Shown piece after piece: positions 59,252 through 64,000 of a stretch of DNA of 64,000 bases. The translations under genes were made by a program, and so were the position numbers. The stretch's first letter is position 1, and the number at the start of each line of letters is the position of its first letter. This DNA is from Halarcobacter sp. (GTDB lineage: Bacteria > Campylobacterota > Campylobacteria > Campylobacterales > Arcobacteraceae), in contig OY781089.1 in the NCBI GenBank assembly GCA_963676565.1, positions 1,792,001 to 1,856,000 on the forward strand, read 5' to 3'. Below the pieces are notes generated by a model. The model worked only from the letters and a program-made list of their open reading frames with translations. It was not told the origin of the DNA and searched no databases.

Positions 59252-61861
59252 ATGAAGGGTCTAGATACTTTAGAAAAAATTTTAATACCAGTTATCTTAA
59301 CAGGTTTTATTTTCATTATTAGTTTATATATTGGTATTGATTATGCTTTAGGTGCATATTTAGATATGCAAACAAAAAATTTTATGGCATTTTACATGAC
59401 CCTTTTATTGATAACTCTTGTAATAATTGCAGTTTTTGTTTCAAATCGATTTGTAAAAAAACCAATGATTGAATTAACAGAATTTCTTGATAAAATAGAA
59501 AATGACCAGTACCAAACATTTGAAAAAAGTTTTGCCAATAAAGATATAGATAACTTTGTTATTCAAGTTAATAAATTAATTAACTACTTAGAAAATAAGG
59601 ATAAAGAAACTAATTCTTTAATCGAAAACTTATCAGAATCAAATAAATTCTTAGAAGAGTATCAAAAAGCAGTAGATGCTTCTGCTATGATTTCAAAATT
59701 TGATAAATTTGGGAAAATCACCCATGTAAATGATAAGTATTTAGAAAAGTCTTTATATAAAGAAGATGAGCTTTTAGGTGAAGAGTACAATATTTTAAGT
59801 TATAAAAATTTCAATGAAGATTTTTTTAATGCATTATTTACAAAGATTTCAAAAAACAATATTTGGTCTGGAGAGATAAAAAATTTAGATAAAAATGGAG
59901 AAGCTTTTTATACTTCAACTATTATTGTGCCTATTTTAGATTCAAAAAACAATATTCTGGAGTTTTTATCATTTTCAATAGATATTACAGAACATATTAT
60001 GTCTTTAAAAAAAGCAAAAGAAGCAGAAGCCTCTAAGTCAGTATTCCTAGCTACAATGTCTCACGAAATAAGAACACCTTTAAATGGTATATTAGGTTTT
60101 GCGAAACTTTTAGAAAATTCAGATGTTCCAAAAAAAGAGAAAGGTTATATTAATATTATAAATAGTAGTGCTAAGTCGCTTCTTGGAATTATAAATGATA
60201 TTCTAGATATTTCAAAAATAGAAAGTGGAAAATTTGAATTAGAAAAAAGGGCATTTAATCCTTTTAAAGAGTTTGAACCAGCAATTGAACTTTTTGTTGC
60301 AAAAGCTAGTGAAAAAAATATTGATATTCTGTTTTTTATCGATCCTAAACTTCCAAGTAATTTAATCGGAGATTCATTAAAAATAAAACAAGTTTTAACA
60401 AATCTAATAGGTAATGCTATAAAGTTTACTCCAAATGAAGGGAATATCTCAATTAGGATTGAACAAGTTCAAAGAAGTGAAAAAACAGCAAAGATTTTAT
60501 TTAGTATAAAAGATTCTGGTATAGGAATATCTAAAGAATATCAAAAAGTTATATTTAATCCATTCTCTCAAGCTGATTCAAGTGTAACAAGAAAATTTGG
60601 AGGTACAGGACTTGGTTTATCTATTAGTTCAAATATTATTAGTATTATGGGCTCAAAAATCGAGTTACATAGTGAAGAGAATAAAGGAAGTGAATTTTAT
60701 TTTGAATTAGAGATGGAATATGAGAAAAGTAAAAACTTATATCCACAAATTGATACAAATTCTAAAATTGCAATTTTTTGTCATGAATATGATTGTACCT
60801 CTCAACTTGGTATGGTTAAAAAGTATCTAACAAACTATAGCGAACCAGAGATAACTTATGATAGTGAAAATTTAAATGAATTTAGTTTAATAATTGGAAA
60901 ATATAATGATTTAATTAAATTAGATTTGACAAAAATCAATGTTCCATTAATATTTATTGCAGAATATAATGATAAAGAGATAGATATTCCAAATGAACAT
61001 AGAATAATAAAATCACCTATAAATCAATCAAAACTTTATGATGGTATAGTTGATATATTAAATCCAAATATAGAAGATGAAATAAAAATTGATAGGGAAC
61101 TAATCAAACATTCTAATATTTGTTGTTTAATTGTTGAAGATAATCCTGTTAATCAATACCTAATGGAAGCGATGCTTACACAAAAACAGATTCGTTGTAA
61201 ACTTCTTGAAAATGGACAATTAGCTGTTGATGAAATAAAATCTGGAAACAAATATGAACTTATTTTCATGGATATAAATATGCCAGTTATGAATGGTATA
61301 GATGCAACAAAAGAGATTTTAAAATTTGAAAAAGAAAATAATTTAAAACATACTCCTATTGTAGCATTAACTGCAAATGCAGTTGCTGGAGACAAAGAAA
61401 GATTTTTAAGTGAAGGGATGGATGATTATATTCCAAAACCATTTGAAGAACATATGCTAGATGAAATTTTAACAAAATACATAAAAGCAAATAATGAAAC
61501 TAAATTAGATGATAGTAAAAATAGTGAAAAAAGTGTAATAGAAGAAAAATATTCTTTAGAGAAAGTGGCAAAATCTTTAGGTTTGAAATTAGAAATATTT
61601 AAAAATATTTTTAAAACATTTATCTCTACTATTGATAAAGATTTAGAGAAATTAAAAGCATCAATTGAAAATGAAGATTTTGAAGCTATTGTACAGGATG
61701 CTCATAAAATAAAAGGTGCTTCTGCAAATCTTAAGATAAATGATGTATTTGAGATATCTAAAAATATAGAGTTAAGTGCAAGAGAAAGTTCAAAAATTGA
61801 TTATAATAGTGAATTTAATAAACTTTGCAAATGTGTAGAAAGTTTAAAAAAGGTAGATTAA
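59252..61861 (+). CDS. Hybrid histidine kinase (TM-HAMP-PAS-HisKA-HATPase-REC-Hpt)
   Basis: SHEIRTPLNG, NAIKFT, GGTGLGL, VEDN..MDINMP, AHKIKGAS. Confidence 0.93.
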   Translation: MKGLDTLEKILIPVILTGFIFIISLYIGIDYALGAYLDMQTKNFMAFYMTLLLITLVIIAVFVSNRFVKKPMIELTEFLDKIENDQYQTFEKSFANKDIDNFVIQVNKLINYLENKDKETNSLIENLSESNKFLEEYQKAVDASAMISKFDKFGKITHVNDKYLEKSLYKEDELLGEEYNILSYKNFNEDFFNALFTKISKNNIWSGEIKNLDKNGEAFYTSTIIVPILDSKNNILEFLSFSIDITEHIMSLKKAKEAEASKSVFLATMSHEIRTPLNGILGFAKLLENSDVPKKEKGYINIINSSAKSLLGIINDILDISKIESGKFELEKRAFNPFKEFEPAIELFVAKASEKNIDILFFIDPKLPSNLIGDSLKIKQVLTNLIGNAIKFTPNEGNISIRIEQVQRSEKTAKILFSIKDSGIGISKEYQKVIFNPFSQADSSVTRKFGGTGLGLSISSNIISIMGSKIELHSEENKGSEFYFELEMEYEKSKNLYPQIDTNSKIAIFCHEYDCTSQLGMVKKYLTNYSEPEITYDSENLNEFSLIIGKYNDLIKLDLTKINVPLIFIAEYNDKEIDIPNEHRIIKSPINQSKLYDGIVDILNPNIEDEIKIDRELIKHSNICCLIVEDNPVNQYLMEAMLTQKQIRCKLLENGQLAVDEIKSGNKYELIFMDINMPVMNGIDATKEILKFEKENNLKHTPIVALTANAVAGDKERFLSEGMDDYIPKPFEEHMLDEILTKYIKANNETKLDDSKNSEKSVIEEKYSLEKVAKSLGLKLEIFKNIFKTFISTIDKDLEKLKASIENEDFEAIVQDAHKIKGASANLKINDVFEISKNIELSARESSKIDYNSEFNKLCKCVESLKKVD

Positions 61862-61873
61862 AGTTTTTAAACT

Positions 61874-62239
61874 TTAATCTTTAAATAACTCTTTTACTTT
61901 TTCACAAAACTCATCAAAAGATGGTAAATCTAGTTTTCCATCTCTTTGCTTTTTCCCCCACATTGGTTCAGGGAAATATGAATCCTCTTTGAATCTTGCC
62001 ATTATATGAAAATGAACATGTGGCACATAATTTCCAAATGATGCAAGATTTATTTTTTCAGGCTTATAATAATCAATCATAAGTTTCTCTATTTTATTTA
62101 AAGCTTCAAAGATTTCAAGTCTAATTTCATCTGAACAATCAGATAACTCTTTATAGTTTTCATTTGTAAATATTTTTAACCAAGGGATTTCACTTTGCTC
62201 AACTTGGATATTAATGTTTTTTTTAGTGATAAGTGTCAT
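61874..62239 (-). CDS. HIT-family nucleotide hydrolase
   Basis: GNYVPHVHFHI histidine triad. Confidence 0.88.
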   Translation of the reverse strand: MTLITKKNINIQVEQSEIPWLKIFTNENYKELSDCSDEIRLEIFEALNKIEKLMIDYYKPEKINLASFGNYVPHVHFHIMARFKEDSYFPEPMWGKKQRDGKLDLPSFDEFCEKVKELFKD

Positions 62240-63260
62240 GTATTTGTTTTACCTCTTCTATAGATTCAACAAAAAGGTCAACCAGTTTTGGATCAAAATG
62301 TTTACCTTTTTCTTTTAATAGTAATAATACTGCATCTTGTATAGACCAAGATTTCTTGTATGGTCTAACTGAAGTTAATGCATCAAAAACATCTGCAATT
62401 GTAACAATTCTTGCACTTATTGGAATATCTTCCCCTTTTATTCCAAGTGGATACCCTGAACCATCATATTTTTCATGGTGGTTTTGTGCAATTATTTGAC
62501 CTTCTATTAAATATGCACTATTGGTATCTTTTAATATCTCACTACCAATATGTACATGGCTTTTCATTATATCAAATTCATCATTATTAAGTTTCCCTTC
62601 TTTTAAAAGAATAGAATCTGCAATACCAACTTTTCCTATATCATGGAATGGTGCAGAATAATAGATTACATTTTGTCTATCTTCATCTAAACCAATTTTT
62701 TTTGCAAGAAGTTTTGAATAATGAGCAACCCTTATTGTATGATTAGCAGTTTCTGCATCTTTGTACTCAGCAGTTCTCGCAAGTACCATTAATGTTTCAT
62801 GCTCTCTATTTTGTATCTCTTTGGTTGCTTTTTTTACTTCATCTTCCAATAATAAAGCTTTATCTTTTAATTTTAATTGGGCTAATCTAAGAGTAAGTAG
62901 ATTAATTGTCCTTGCTTTAAATTCTGATATATCAATAGGTTTAGTTAAGAAATCTGTGGCTCCTGCTTCTAAAGCATTTATTTTTAGCTCTTGGTCATCG
63001 CCTGCTGCAGTTATAACAACAACTGGAATTTCATCATATTTTTCTCTAAATTTTTTTATTAATTCTATACCATCAATATTTGGCATCATATAATCTGTGA
63101 ATAAAATGTCAATATCATTATTTAATATGTAGTCTAATCCCTTTTGAGAATCATCAAAACATTTAATATTTAAACCAAATTCTTGTCCATAAGCTTCTAC
63201 TAACATTAGATTAATTGCTTCATCGTCAATATAAACTGCATTTAAATTATTAAGTTCCAT
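62223..63260 (-). CDS. REC + HD-GYP response regulator (RpfG-like c-di-GMP phosphodiesterase)
   Basis: IDDE, TDYMMP, HDIGK, HHEKYDGSGYP, ADVFDAL..RPYK. Confidence 0.93.
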   Translation of the reverse strand: MELNNLNAVYIDDEAINLMLVEAYGQEFGLNIKCFDDSQKGLDYILNNDIDILFTDYMMPNIDGIELIKKFREKYDEIPVVVITAAGDDQELKINALEAGATDFLTKPIDISEFKARTINLLTLRLAQLKLKDKALLLEDEVKKATKEIQNREHETLMVLARTAEYKDAETANHTIRVAHYSKLLAKKIGLDEDRQNVIYYSAPFHDIGKVGIADSILLKEGKLNNDEFDIMKSHVHIGSEILKDTNSAYLIEGQIIAQNHHEKYDGSGYPLGIKGEDIPISARIVTIADVFDALTSVRPYKKSWSIQDAVLLLLKEKGKHFDPKLVDLFVESIEEVKQIHDTYH

Positions 63261-63409
63261 TAAATAACCACCTTTTTAACTAGTTAGTAAAAAAATTATT
63301 ATAGCTGAAATTTTTTAAGATTTAGTAAACTAAATTTAAGAAATGAAGCCAAAACTGCTAACTTCTTCCATATAATAGCTAGTTAAAGTATCTTTAAGCA
63401 AAAATTAAT

Positions 63410-63415
63410 TATAAT
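63410..63415 (+). promoter_or_regulatory. Sigma70 -10 box for the rpmJ-rpsM operon
   Basis: TATAAT 6 nt before the start of the structured leader. Confidence 0.55.
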
Positions 63416-63421
63416 CCGTTT

Positions 63422-63626
63422 CCATTTTTCCAAGCAAGAAGGAATTTTTTATAAAATTTTTGTGTTTTATAAAGAGTTGGGAAGAACCTAAAAAAACAAT
63501 TATAAACTAAGCAGATGTCTAGTTTGTCTTTGTTTGGTTCCAAAGGTTTTCATATGAAAATCTTAGTTACGGCAAAAAAACAAAGAATTTTGTTTTTTTA
63601 TGCAGTTCTCCCCTGTTGGATAGTGG
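63422..63626 (+). ncRNA. Candidate structured 5' leader (r-leader) of rpmJ-rpsM
   Basis: Basal stem CCATTTTTCCAA/TTGGATAGTGG enclosing several hairpins. Confidence 0.5.
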
Positions 63627-63651
63627 GTAAAAACACAAAAAGGACAGACTG

Positions 63652-63765
63652 ATGAAAGTAAGAGCTTCAGTAAAGAAAATGTGTGATAAATGTAAAGTTA
63701 TCAAAAGAAAAGGTATCGTAAGAGTAATCTGCGAAAACAAAAAACATAAACAGAGACAAGGATAA
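63652..63765 (+). CDS. rpmJ: 50S ribosomal protein L36 (Zn-ribbon type)
   Basis: Translated by hand: [37 protein letters not shown]; below the ORF-track length cutoff. Confidence 0.97.
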   Translation: MKVRASVKKMCDKCKVIKRKGIVRVICENKKHKQRQG

Positions 63766-63767
63766 TC

Positions 63768-64000
63768 ATGGCAAGAATTGCAGGTGTTGATTTACCAAAT
63801 AAAAAAAGAATGGAATACGCTTTAACGTATATCTACGGAATTGGTTTACATAACTCTAGATTAATCTTAGATGCTGTTGGAATTGATTACAACAAAAGAG
63901 CACACGAATTAACAGAAGATGAAGCGGCAGCTATCAGAAAAGAAATCCAAGAAAACTACATGGTAGAAGGGGATTTAAGAAAAAAAGTTGCTATGGATAT
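63768..64000 (+). CDS. rpsM: 30S ribosomal protein S13, 3'-truncated by the window edge
   Basis: [26 protein letters not shown]...VEGDLRKKV. Confidence 0.97.
   Translation, partial: MARIAGVDLPNKKRMEYALTYIYGIGLHNSRLILDAVGIDYNKRAHELTEDEAAAIRKEIQENYMVEGDLRKKVAMD

Noticed and set aside
302..63093. Short antisense or alternate-frame ORFs in the track (e.g. 5636-6082, 9440-9739, 19120-19575, 62761-63093)
   Set aside because: All lie inside well-supported genes, lack motifs and SD sites, and look like shadow ORFs.
1..64000. CRISPR array, tRNA/rRNA, prophage or integron attC array
   Set aside because: No repeat-spacer periodicity, cloverleaf or rRNA-like sequence, phage genes or integrase seen by eye.

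Overview
Very AT-rich chromosomal segment, most consistent with an Arcobacteraceae/Campylobacterota genome (inferred from gene content and synteny). 1-20.1 kb is a hydrogen-metabolism island: the 3' end of a cytosolic group 2d-type [NiFe] large subunit, two complete tandem membrane-bound hydABCDE operons, hypF, a catalytically degenerate IS1595/IS1016-like transposase derivative and hypBCDEA. At the 3' end of hypA sits a ~1.85 kb integrase-less insertion carrying one TPR + LA2681-type HEPN gene. It is bounded by a synonymously recoded second copy of the hypA 3' end, a 7-bp core, end palindromes and paired 22-bp-spaced repeats; this is the best candidate here for an undescribed system. The rest holds two GGDEF proteins, livKHMGF, priA, dapD, a rluA-family/FnIII/trmB/ftsEX/envC cluster, rodA, a menK/mqnK-psrABC-two-component locus, tonB, hemL, rpoD with a coupled NtrB-like pseudokinase, leuDB, a hybrid kinase, an HD-GYP regulator, and a structured leader before rpmJ-rpsM. 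All calls come from reading motifs by eye; no searches were run.
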